This document shows, one piece after another, positions 25,821 through 36,235 of a stretch of 64,000 nucleotides of DNA; within the stretch, counting starts at the first letter, position 1; every line of letters begins with the position of its first letter. The DNA comes from Oikopleura dioica. Lineage: Eukaryota; Animalia; Chordata. Both the position numbers and the translations under genes were made by a program. Location: NCBI GenBank assembly GCA_907165135.1, contig OU015566.1:4774001-4838000 (forward strand). Reading direction: 5' to 3'. Under the pieces are notes generated by a model. That model did not search any database and was not told where the DNA came from. It worked only from the letters and a program-made list of their open reading frames with translations.

Positions 25821-26321
25821 CTATTTGACTAAATCTTGGTTGAGGTAAATGACGCAGGCAACAGCGCACAATATCGCAGCTCCAGCACTTGCCACTGGCG
25901 AGTCTGCTTTCTGAAATAAGGGGTTGGGAAAGAAATGATAAGAAAGAGGACATACCTGGCCGGAATAAGATGGCGCTTTGTTGAGTTGGTTAGCGAAGGA
26001 GGAAAGTGGACTGGACGATTTGAAGTTTGGGCTCGATTTGAAGGTTTCTTTTGGGACTTCGCGGGTAAAGAATCTTCGCGCCAAGGAGAGCTAGAAATGA
26101 TGTTCGAATGATAAGAATATTTTTATAGAGGAATTCGGAGCTAGAAATTCGTTTAGTAGGCGTTTCCTGAGCTCGCTTTTCGTGATTGGACCAATTTCAG
26201 TTTCTCAGAGGTTAAAAAGAGAATCATTTAATTATTTTGATTGTTTATTTAATTTAATAATCGAGAGAATAAAAAAAAGGTATTTTCGGAAAACCCGAAT
26301 TCGGCGGCTACTTACTCTCAT
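25821..26321 (-). CDS. 76-aa microprotein with mitochondrial presequence-like N-terminus and C-terminal TM helix
   Basis: MR|gtaagt (intron 26091-26315)|LSLARRFFTREVPKETFKSSPNFKSSSPLSSFANQLNKAPSYSGQ|45-nt GT-AG intron|KADSPVASAGAAILCAVACVIYLNQDLVK*; both introns phase 0. Confidence 0.7.
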
Positions 26322-26677
26322 TTTTTTGAAATTTTTCTTCGGTTTCTTATTCCTCTGTTTCTTTCTTTTTTTGCGATTTTTGACCAGATCTAAACTGATT
26401 CTGAAAAAAGATTGATTTTGTGCCTACGCACTCCACGGGCACGCTTCGCCAGTTCGGTCATTAAAAAACTTGTTGTTTTGTCGCTTTTGTCTTGGCTCTA
26501 GAAAATCGTCTAGCAAAACACCCATTCCTTCCCTAAGTCAATAATAATTACCGTAGCAGTTACATAACAGCTAGAATTAGAAAGAAGAAGAAGAAGCTAT
26601 AAAAGCGCTTGCGGATAGAGCAAATATCGTAGGCTTGAGTAAAGTCTTTCAGAAAAAAATATTCGGCTGAATTATTT

Positions 26678-28438
26678 ATGCTCAGAAATTTTTCAAGAAG
26701 ATTTGTTTCGAGAAGTTTTTCCAGCGCTAGAATCATGTCCGGTACCCACGATGATGTTCAAAAGTACTATGGAAAAGGTAAGACATTTTTTCGGGATTTT
26801 TTTGTTAAAGAAGTTAAAGATTTAACCTGTTCGGATGATTTGAAGACATCAGCATGCACGACTCCAGCGGCGGCAATGTCCAAATCGGTTAAGAAAGCGC
26901 TGTCGAAGATTCACGATGAAGTTTTGACGAAATACTACGGCTGCGGTCTTTGCATTCCTCCAGCTCTTGAAGGGTAAGTTTCCTGGCTCAAAGGGTCTGA
27001 AAAACCTTTATCGAAAAACCGCAGAGCGGCTTTTTTTTAAACGAAGCCGCAGAGCGGATTTGCCAGAATCTAATAATAGTTTAAAATGTTAATTTCGCGA
27101 AGCCGCTTTGCGGCTTCGTTTTTAAAAAAGCCCCTACGCGGCTTTTCGATAGTGATATTTAAGACCCTGAGTCAGTTTTTCTAAACAGCTGTGCTCGGCA
27201 ACCTGAGTTGAAAACCTGAGTCAGGGTCTGAAAGATTGAAAAGAAAAGCCGCGTCGCGGCTTTTTTAAAAATAAAGCGGCCTCGCAAAATTATTATTCAA
27301 TCGTATTTTCAACTTCTGGCGAAGCCGCTTCGCGGCTTCATTTTTAGAAAAGCCACTACGCGGCTTTTGTTTTCGATCTTTCAGACCCTGACTCAGTTTT
27401 TCTTCTCATGGTGCCGAGCCCAGCTAGACAGGCTGCCGAGCCTATGTAAGTTCCCTTTTCCAAATTATTTTTCTAGAGCCCGAGTTCTCGATCTCGGCTG
27501 TGGAGCAGGAAGAGATGTCTACGCAATCGCCCAGCTCGTCGGCGAGTCTGGCCACGTGATCGGCGTAGATATGACCGAGGAGCAACTCGAAACCGCTCGG
27601 AAATACGAAGATTTTCATCGACAAGCTTTTGGTTATGAAAAATCAAATGTGACGTTCAAAAAAGGCCTCATTGAAAAACTCGGGGACGTCGGAATCGAGG
27701 ACAATTCGATCGATGTTATTGTTTCAAATTGCGTCATTAACTTGGTGCCCGACAAGGAATCTGTCATCAAAGAGGTGAAAAAAGAGGTTTTTCCGATCAA
27801 GAAAGAGATTCTAGGTCGCTCGAGTTTTGAAGGAAGGAGGAGAACTGTACTTCAGCGATGTTTACTCTGACAAGGAAATTTCCGAAGCTGCGAGAAAGGA
27901 TTACGTCCTTTGGGGAGAATGCATCTCAGGAGCGCTTCTTTGGACTGATTTGTACGATCTTTGCGAAGAATTCGAGCTGTCTCCTCCTCTTCTCGGTATG
28001 AAACTCGGATAGAACGCCCTCCCCTTATTTTATTTTCTAGTCGAGTGCCATCCCTTCGTGGTCCAGGAAGAACTGGCCGAGAAACTTGGCTCGACTCGAT
28101 TCGTCAGCGCTACTTACCGAATCTTCAAGCCGTCAACCTCTCCCTCAAACGAAAAAGTCAAAGTCACTTACAACGGTCAAATCCCAGAAGTGGAAACCTT
28201 CGAGCTCGCAGCCAATTATCAGCTGAAAAAAGACGTTGCAAAGGCCCTTCCCGTCGATGTTTCTGCTGATCTGAGAGCATCAAGGTGAGTTTTGGCAGAA
28301 AAATCGGGTTGGAAATGGATTTTTAGATACGAGAAATTCTTCGTTTTCGAGAAGACCGGGTGTGTTCCTTCTCAAGCGCGACCGCTGAATCCGTTCAACA
28401 AAGATATTCAAACTGAAAACGCTGGTGGCTGCTGCTAA
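26678..28438 (+). CDS. AS3MT: Arsenite methyltransferase
   Basis: DVQKYYG..LKTSAC..KYYGCGLCIP..VLDLGCGAGRD..GVDMT..VSNCVINL..GGELYFSD..WGECISGAL; ends AGGCC*. Confidence 0.93.
26983..27419. mobile_element. Two tandem foldback MITEs (ctcggcaacctgag..ctgagtcagggt TIR family) in AS3MT intron
   Basis: 27193-27419 has long TIRs (ctgagtcagggtctgaaagat / atctttcagaccctgactcag) and internal gccgc..gcggc palindromes; a degenerate copy lies upstream. Confidence 0.8.
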
Positions 28439-28500
28439 CTCTCAACAAAGAGGAGAAGGAGTTCTGTGTCATGTTTTTATTGAATAAAGAATGGGGACTT

Positions 28501-29520
28501 TTAGCGAACATAAGTTTTGGTTGTCTGATCTTTGACTTTTTCAAGGCCGGTTTTGACGATTTTCTCGTCGCTTATGAATTCTAGAGATTTCGTCGGCTTC
28601 ATGTCTTTGTCGAATTCGTAGATGAAGGGGATGCCTGTTGGGAGATTGAGATTGATGATGTCTTCCTCTTAAAATACAGCGTTTTCGAGTCGAAAAAGGG
28701 GCTGTTTACCAGAAACGTTGTCGATATTCTTGATCAGTCCTCGGAGTAAGTTTCCATGCGCGGCTAAAAGAACCGTCTTTCCAGATTTGATGGCTGGCTC
28801 AATCTCGTCTTTCCGAAATCATGGGTCCCAAAAACGATATTTTTGCTAAAAACCTTTTTTGGTATTTTTGGGACCCTTTCCAATAAACCCAGGAGCGATC
28901 GGTTGTCATTTTGAGACTTTCAGATGTTGGAAATTCTTCTTTTGGGACATCGACGAAGACTTTGTTCTGTTGAATTTGAGTGTAGTATGGATTGCTTTGG
29001 CTGATTGGTGGAGGAGCTACGTCGTATGATCGGCGCCAGAGTTTGACTTGGTCGGCTCCGTATTTTGCCACGGCGACCACTTTGTTTTGGCCGGTAAGAT
29101 CGCTTTCAGGGCTCAATAAATTCTTTTAAATTTCAAGCTAGAAGAAAAAAATTAATTCTAGCGCTCAATTATGTCAAAAAAGAGCCCTTTCCCATAATGC
29201 CTCTCATTCAGCCGCCAAGATCTCTTCACTTCAACATCTTCTTTGACCCCAAGCTCCTCTAGAATCAAGTCGCAAGTCTGATTCGCCCGAAGAAGAAGGG
29301 ACGAAAATGCAGCATCGACTTCGATCCCTTTTTCTTTCAGTGCTTTTCCGGCTTGTCGCGCTTCATTTTCGCCAGTTTTGGTAAGAGGGCAATTGTACCA
29401 GCCGCAAAAAAGTTTTCCATGATTCCACTAGAAAATTTTTTTGAAAAAAATCGACCATCGATGCTTTACCTGAGATTCACCATGGCGAACCATTACGATT
29501 CTGAGCGGCTTTTCCGTCAT
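28501..29520 (-). CDS. 2,3-BPG-dependent phosphoglycerate mutase (PGAM/BPGM family)
   Basis: [78 protein letters not shown]; introns GT-AG, GA-AG, GG-AG, GT-AG. Confidence 0.92.
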
Positions 29521-29690
29521 TTTTTTTCTCTCTTCTGAGTTAACTATAGTTATATGTCACAAACGAAGTAATTACTGACCTGACTGATAGCCCCGGAATG
29601 AAGTTCTATCGACCCCGGGGCGAAATAATGAATGATGCAAGATTATTCGAAATTCTATAATCAGACTAAGAATAGCTTACAGAGAGAAAG

Positions 29691-30412
29691 ATGCCGAAGG
29701 TTGTTTTTATGCGGCATGGAGAGTCGACTTTTAACAAATCTGATAGATTCAGTAGCTGGATAGGTGAGTTTAATAGAATAACGAGTTATGTAATCATCAT
29801 TATAAGATGCGGATCTGACGGAGAAAGGAAAAGAGCAAGCAAAAGACACAGCTGAAAAACTGAAAGCTTTCAACATCTCTAGAATTTTTTCATCGTCACT
29901 CAAACGGTCAAGAAATACAGCAAGAATCGTCAGTCAGATCCTTGCTTTGCCAAAAGAATCCGTTTCCAGCTCAGAAAAATTGAATGAAAGACATTATGGG
30001 TAAGCTTTTCAGGCGAAAATCATATCACGTGTTAAGAATTTTGACTGGTCTTTCTCGATCCGAAGCTCGAAATCGCTACGGAGTCGACCAAGTCCAACAT
30101 TGGCGCCGCTCTTTCACTGGAAAGCCCCCTGAAATACCGGAAGATCTCGCCTTTATGTGGCGAATTCCATACGATCAGAACTTCCCAAGATCAGAAAGCC
30201 TGGAGGATGTTTCAAAACGAGCGCCTGTTTATTTCGATGAAGAAATTCGCCCGTTTGTTGAGAAGGGAGAGAATGTGTTGGTTGTAAGTCATGGAGCACC
30301 GATAAGATCGATTTTGATGGAACTGAAGAGTTTGTCGGAAGAAGAAGCGGCGAGGATTGAGATCGCGAATGCGGAATTTATTGTGTATGATTTCGAAATA
30401 AAAGAGAAGTAA
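29691..30412 (+). CDS. Second, shorter and divergent PGAM-family protein, head-to-head with the first
   Basis: MPKVVFMRHGESTFNKSDRFSSW/..LNERHYG/ILTGL..WRRSF..SESLEDV..VVSHGAPIRSI..IANAEFIVY. Confidence 0.85.
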
Positions 30413-30435
30413 GCATGATTGTTGATAGATGTTTT

Positions 30436-32476
30436 TCAAAGCAAGTAACAAAAGTCTTGAGAACAGAAGTCGCTGCATTGATTGGGAGTCGTTTCAAAGA
30501 CAATCGGTCGGTAACAATTACCGCTATGATCGTGAAGGACGCTGGTGGAGGTGATTGTATCGTTTTGCTATTCCGCGCGTTCAACTGTATTGTAACTGAA
30601 GGATAAATAACTATAGGTACGATTTTGCAAGCTATCTCTTACCTGTCTACTCCGCCAAAAACAATAAAAAATGAGTCAAGAAAAATCATCGAAGCATATC
30701 TTTGATACTAAAATTTTTTTTTTGAAATTCATAAGACTAATTATTTTACGTTTTGCATTTGACCTGCAATACTCCACTGGTTATTTTTAAAGAAATGAAC
30801 ATCTTTGACGTAAGAGCTGCCATCGTATCCCCCAACTGTTATGATTAGGCCTCAGACGTAAAAAATCATCACCACTAGCCGGTCGTCGTACGGTAACAAG
30901 AGTAGGCTCATTCGAAAGCTCTTGAACAGGGCTTTCTGTTGGGCTTATAAAAAAAACTGGGCCCTGTCGTTCGTTTTCGAGATATTTGATTTTGAAGGTA
31001 AGCTTCGAAAAATATTTTTCAAAATAACTCGTAACAGAAAGGGAGGGACCAGTTTTTTTATCGGTCAAATAGAAAGGCCTTATCAAGACCTTTCGAATGA
31101 GCCCTCTCATGTTCCCGTACGATGACCGGATGGTGAAAATCGTCTTTTTTACGTCCGAGGCCTAGTTATGATACCATCTTCTGTGGACGCGCAAGTGTGG
31201 TAGTAAAATTTAGATCCACCAGGATGCGTTGTCAAGTCTTGCCAACCACTTAAAATATTAAAAAAAAAATAAACCAAATAACATGGGAACCTAAATTCCA
31301 GAATTTCGACGGAGCTTGATTGATAACCAGCAATAATCGCCGCTTGTCCATGATAAAGACTCATACAAGCACGCTTATGCTGGACTTTGACATCGCTTAT
31401 TGCTCGAATAGTTTCGCCATTAAAGCTTTCGCATTTGAGAGCCGCACTGTCAGAATTGCAGAGAACAGTTTCCTCCACAACTTCAGGAATTGTGATTAAA
31501 GAACCAGTACCAGCATAAAAATCATTGATGAGCCGTTTGCCAGTGTCCTCGATCAAGCATTCATCAATTTTCGCAATCTTTAGGATATTTTCTTTGAAAT
31601 TTTTGCGTCATAATACCTTTTTAGGATCTTGATAGCCTCCGAAAAGAAACATCTGTCCACTCAGAATCGCCGATCCAGAGTTATAAAGAAACTGCGTACT
31701 TGTTGATGGGGACGAGTAAAAACGGTTTTCCTTGATAAAGTTTTGAAAGAAGCTGAGAAATGAAAAAAAAGAGGATTTCAAAACAAGCCTGTATATGACC
31801 ATCAGCGGACATCATGTAACTGAAATCAACAAATCCACTTGAACTGCTCTGACACATTGCAGTGATATATTTTTGGCAGGTGTATCCACTTTCGCAAGGG
31901 CAACCAAGGGGACAGCCACTGTTACAAGGACATTTTCTAGAATCTTCAACAAGAAGCTGAGTGCATCCGTTGTAGCAGGTTTCATCGGCGGTACAATTAC
32001 GAAAGCACGAATTGAAATCTTGATTGACTTCCTTTATGCATTGCTGGTAGTCGACATTGTTGATTTCCGGCGATCGGCATGTACAGACACTGTGAGGACA
32101 ATCAACGCAGCCGTTTTTACAAAGCTCGAAGCAGGGACAAGCTCGATAGCAATCTTAGATCGAGAAATTTTTTCTGTAATTTGGTGATTTTCATACCCGT
32201 GTACGAGCTTAAACATTCCCTCTCGCAACCCGCGCTCTCACATGTATCCTTGCATTCGATGTAGTCTAGATAGCAGTAGCTGTCACACAGCACTGCTAAA
32301 TCCTCATCACTAGAATAGAGAATTTTTTTCAATGTAGCAAATTCTATTTTGATTTGAAAGAGGCAAAGCCATTTTCCACACAATAAAAAAATAATAACTT
32401 ACGGGCATTCTCCCTCCCGAAAAACAGGGCGAAAAGCTTCCAGAGCGTAAACCAAAAAAATCAGTAATTTCAACAT
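30436..32476 (-). pseudogene. Disrupted paralog of a secreted Cys-rich-repeat plus Kelch-like propeller protein
   Basis: Signal MLKLLIFLVYALEA; collinear with 32726-35083; TGG>TAG stop at 30568-30570 and an exonic MITE at 30846-31164. Confidence 0.75.
30846..31164. mobile_element. hAT-like MITE with 8-bp TSD (gttatgat) inserted in an exon
   Basis: taggcctc..gaggccta ends with long imperfect TIRs; TSD at 30838-30845 and 31165-31172; the paralog at about 33130 shows the empty site. Confidence 0.9.
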
Positions 32477-32725
32477 ATTCTCTTTTATGAGAGCTTCTCA
32501 GGTGCTTCCATTTCCCCGGCAAGAGTGCTATTTGCTCTGATATAACATTAACTATTCGCAGTTAAATATCAAGCTCCCTGCGCCCGGTCCGCTTTTTCAC
32601 ATCCTCATTACAGTAAATCGTCAAACACCAAAATTCACTGTTAATTAAAAATATACTGACATATACTGAGTACAGAAATATTATTCTTGGAGAAAATACG
32701 TAAGTAATTTCAGGAAAGATCTTCT

Positions 32726-35083
32726 TCAAGGCAAAAAGTAACAAAAGTCTTGAGAACAGAATTCGCTGCATTGATCGGGCCTTGTTTCGAAGACTATTGG
32801 ATGCAAGCAATCTCCGCCATGATCGTGAATGACGCTTGTGGAGGTTACTGTCTCGTTCTGCCATTCCGCGCGTTCCACTGTATTGTAACTGAAAAATAGG
32901 ATATCAAGATCTTTTCTACCTTTTTTTTCCTACTTGTTGTTTCCGCCAAAAACAATAAAGAATGAGTCCAGAAAAATCATCGAACCAAATTGGTAATTCT
33001 TAAAAAAGTTTTTGTGAATTTTTTGAAAAATAATATCATTCTTCTTACGTTTTGCATTTTACCCGCAACAGTCCACTGGTCATTTTTAAAGTAAAAAACT
33101 TCTTTGGAAAAAGAACTTCCACTATATCCTCCAACTGTAAGAATCCCATCATCAGTAGAAGCGCAAGTGTGACGGTAAAATGTTGACCCGCCAGGATGTT
33201 CTGTCAAATTTTGCCAGCCGCTAAAATTTTAGCAAATGCATTTTAATTAAAATGAAGAAAATAAGTTTAAAAAGCAACCTCAATAAAAGTTGAAAATCCT
33301 GTGAGCTAGCTGAGCTACAGCAATTTTGAAGAGAGGGTCAGCTCAGCTCAATGCTTTTTCGAAAAGGGCCAGCTCAGCTCAGCTAGCTCAATTTCGACCT
33401 CAGCACAGCTAGCTAAGCTCGCTCAGTTTGAGTAATCGTCAGCTCAGCTCACCTCAGCTCATCAATTTTCAGAAAAGCCCCAGCTCAGCTTAGCTCAGCT
33501 CATTTTTTTGAAAAAATCAGCTCAGCTCAGTAGTTGTTATAAGAGACCAGCTCAGCTCAGCTCAGCTCGATTTCGACCTCAGCTCAGCTAGCTCAGCTCA
33601 GAAAAATGTTTCAAAAATTTGCGTATCTTACCTGAACTCCAAAAATTCGACGGAATCTGAATGATAACCAGCGATTATAACCGCTTGTCCAAGATAGAGA
33701 CTCATACAACCCTGCTGGTGCTGGACTTGAACATCGCTCATAGCCTTGGTCGCCTCCCCGTTGAAGCTCTCGCATTTGAGAGCCGTAGTTGAATACGAAT
33801 TGCAGAGAATAGTTTCTTCAACTATTTCTGGAAGAGTGACCAGCGAGCCTTCAATCCCATAAAAATTATTGATCAGTCGTTTTCCAGTGTCTTCAATCGC
33901 GCATTCCTCGATTCTCGCAACCTTTTTGTATATATTTTTTTACTTGATGAATAATAATTGATAAATACTTTTTTTGGATCTTGGTTGCCTCCGTAAAGAA
34001 ACATCTGCCCATTGAGAATCGCAAATCCAGAATTGTAAAGGAATTGGTATGAGCCAGTGGACAACGGAGACGAGTAATAGCGATTTTCCTTGTTATTGTT
34101 TCGAAATTTCTTGAGATGAAAAATAGAAAAAAAATTTTTTTTTGGTCTTCCAGCAGTAGGTCTTCCACCAATAGGTCCTCCGGAGGACCCTTATAAAAAT
34201 ATCCATAATCGAGGTATAAATATGCAATATTTGCAATAACCGACTTTCCCAACTTTACCCCCTTATTACGTAATAACCACGTGACCTCTAGAATTTCTAA
34301 ACCCCTTGTGCACCACCTCCTAACCCCTCCCTACAAGTTAACTATTTATCATATCGCCCTATCTCTTACAGATTTAGAGCTTTAAAGGACAAATGACCTG
34401 CCAACCTGAAAAAATCAGTGTTAATATCTCTCTAAACAAGCCTGAATATGTCCATTAGCCGAGATCATGTAACTAAAATCAACGTATGAACTTGCACTTT
34501 GCCGCTGACAAATTGCAGTGATATATTTTTGACAAGAGTATCCACTTTCGCACGGGCAACCAAGGGGGCAGCCGCTGTTGCATGGACATTTATCCGACTC
34601 CTCAACGAGCAGTGAATAGCATTGATCGTAACAAGCTCGCTCAGTGTACTGGCAATTTCCAACGCAGGAAGTAAAGTGGTCGTTTGCTTCTTTAATACAT
34701 TGTCGATGATCAATGTTGTCAATTTCTGGGGAACGGCAAGTACAAACACTGTTGTCACAATCAGAACAACCATTTGGACAAAGCTCGAAACAAGGGCATC
34801 GCGAATAACAGCCTTGAAAATAAATGAAAAGCAAGAAAAAACTGGCAAATTTACCAGCATATGCGTTCAGGCAAATTCTCTCACAGCCGGATTCCTCACA
34901 AGCGTCTTTGCACGCGGCATAATCGATGTAACAATGGCTGTCGCACAGAATTGCGAGATCTTCATCGCTAGAATCAATAGTATGTATGGCGAAATCTCCA
35001 GTAACTTACGGGCACTCTCCTTCCCGAAGAACAGGGCGAAAAGCTGCAAAAGCGGAAACAAAGAAAATCAGTATTTTCAACAT
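32726..35083 (-). CDS. Secreted Cys-rich-repeat plus Kelch-like beta-propeller protein (lineage-expanded family)
   Basis: MLKILIFFVSAFAAFRPVLREGECP; CPCFELCPNGCSDC and CPCNSGCPLGC repeats; MFLYGG, IIAG and LTVGG blades; ends CSQDFCYFLP*. Confidence 0.75.
33303..33600. repeat. AGCTC-family repeat in an intron
   Basis: agctcagctc runs inside the Kelch-like gene intron. Confidence 0.85.
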
Positions 35084-35168
35084 TTTCTCTTTGATCAGAG
35101 CTTTTCGGTTGTTCCTGAGTCCCCGGCAAGAGTGGTATTTGCTCGAATATAACATTAACTATCCGCAG

Positions 35169-35236
35169 TTAAGGACCCCCCCCCCCGTCAGCTTTTTTCG
35201 AAAAATAGAATTTCGGAATTTTAAAATTTTGACCCA
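35169..35236. mobile_element. Truncated end of the TTAA MITE family
   Basis: ttaaggacccccccccccgtcagcttttttcgaaaaatagaatttcgg matches the reverse complement of the right end of 2272-2622. Confidence 0.75.
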
Positions 35237-35701
35237 AAAAATATACTGAGTTATTTCATGGAAGAGCAGAAATCAAATCTCCCCAATTTTAAAACAATAG
35301 CTTGTCAAACATAAAATCTCATTTTTCAAGAATGAGTTTTCACAAGAAGAATTTTGCTCTTTAGGACCAAGTTTTTAGTTTATAAGAGAGATGAGTTTGA
35401 AAGATTTATCTGCTTATGGGCAAAGGTTCAAAAATGAGTCGTAAAAAATTTTTAAAATATTTAAAAATCTATTAAAAAAATTATAAAAAATTTTTCTTTA
35501 TGTAATTTTATTTTTTTTCAATTTTGCTTGAAAATTAATTCCTTTGTGGCGAAAAAATTACTCAGGAGTGTAAAATCAACGCAATAACCTTTGTTAGAGA
35601 TCAGCAGCGGACCATTATGATTCTGAGGTAAATATCAAAAGCAATCGTAAAGTTCAGCGATCGCCGCGATCAGATTCTTACTTTTATTTTTAAGAGCGAA
35701 C

Positions 35702-36034
35702 ATGCTCGGATTCCAGAAGAGATTGATCTTTATAGCCGGAATTATCTTCTTCTGTCTGCAGTATGGGTGGATTTATTGGACAGCAGAGAAACTGATTTAT
35801 TTTTCAATAAAATTGGGCGTCATTTTTTATGAATCTTTAAAGTGAGTTAGCAGAAGTAAATTTCTTTGCTCAAACTATTCATTTTTCAGCGAGGTGGTTC
35901 TGAAGTGTTTCGATTTTATGGCGATCCTTGCTGTCTCATTCTGGTACTTTTGCATGGCGAGAAAAACCGTGAAGCACGAAAATTCCGATTCCGCGAAACG
36001 AAATGAATTTCTGTTCAAAGGCCGTACCTCCTAA
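35702..36034 (+). CDS. Possible small two-TM membrane protein, 2 exons
   Basis: MLGFQKRLIFIAGIIFFCLQYGW..ESLN/EVVLKCFDFMAILAVSFWYFC..GRTS* with an in-frame GT-AG intron; no homology recognised. Confidence 0.35.
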
Positions 36035-36235
36035 CTAACACTCATTCACTGCTTGAAAACTGATGTCAATAAAAATTGAAGAAATCGCTGAATGACGCAA
36101 TTCAGCGAAATTGAAAAATCGCCAAATTGAACCTTACGTGTCGCGCATTCTAACTAATCGTCAGTAAATTAGCTCCAAAATTATCCCCTCGCCCCCTGTT
36201 CTCTTGAAATTGTTCATTAAAAAAATTTGCGTTCG

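Noticed and set aside
26678-28438. AS3MT as a horizontal transfer or arsenic-resistance island
   Set aside because: It has ordinary spliceosomal introns, AS3MT is known in animals including chordates, and no other ars genes are adjacent.
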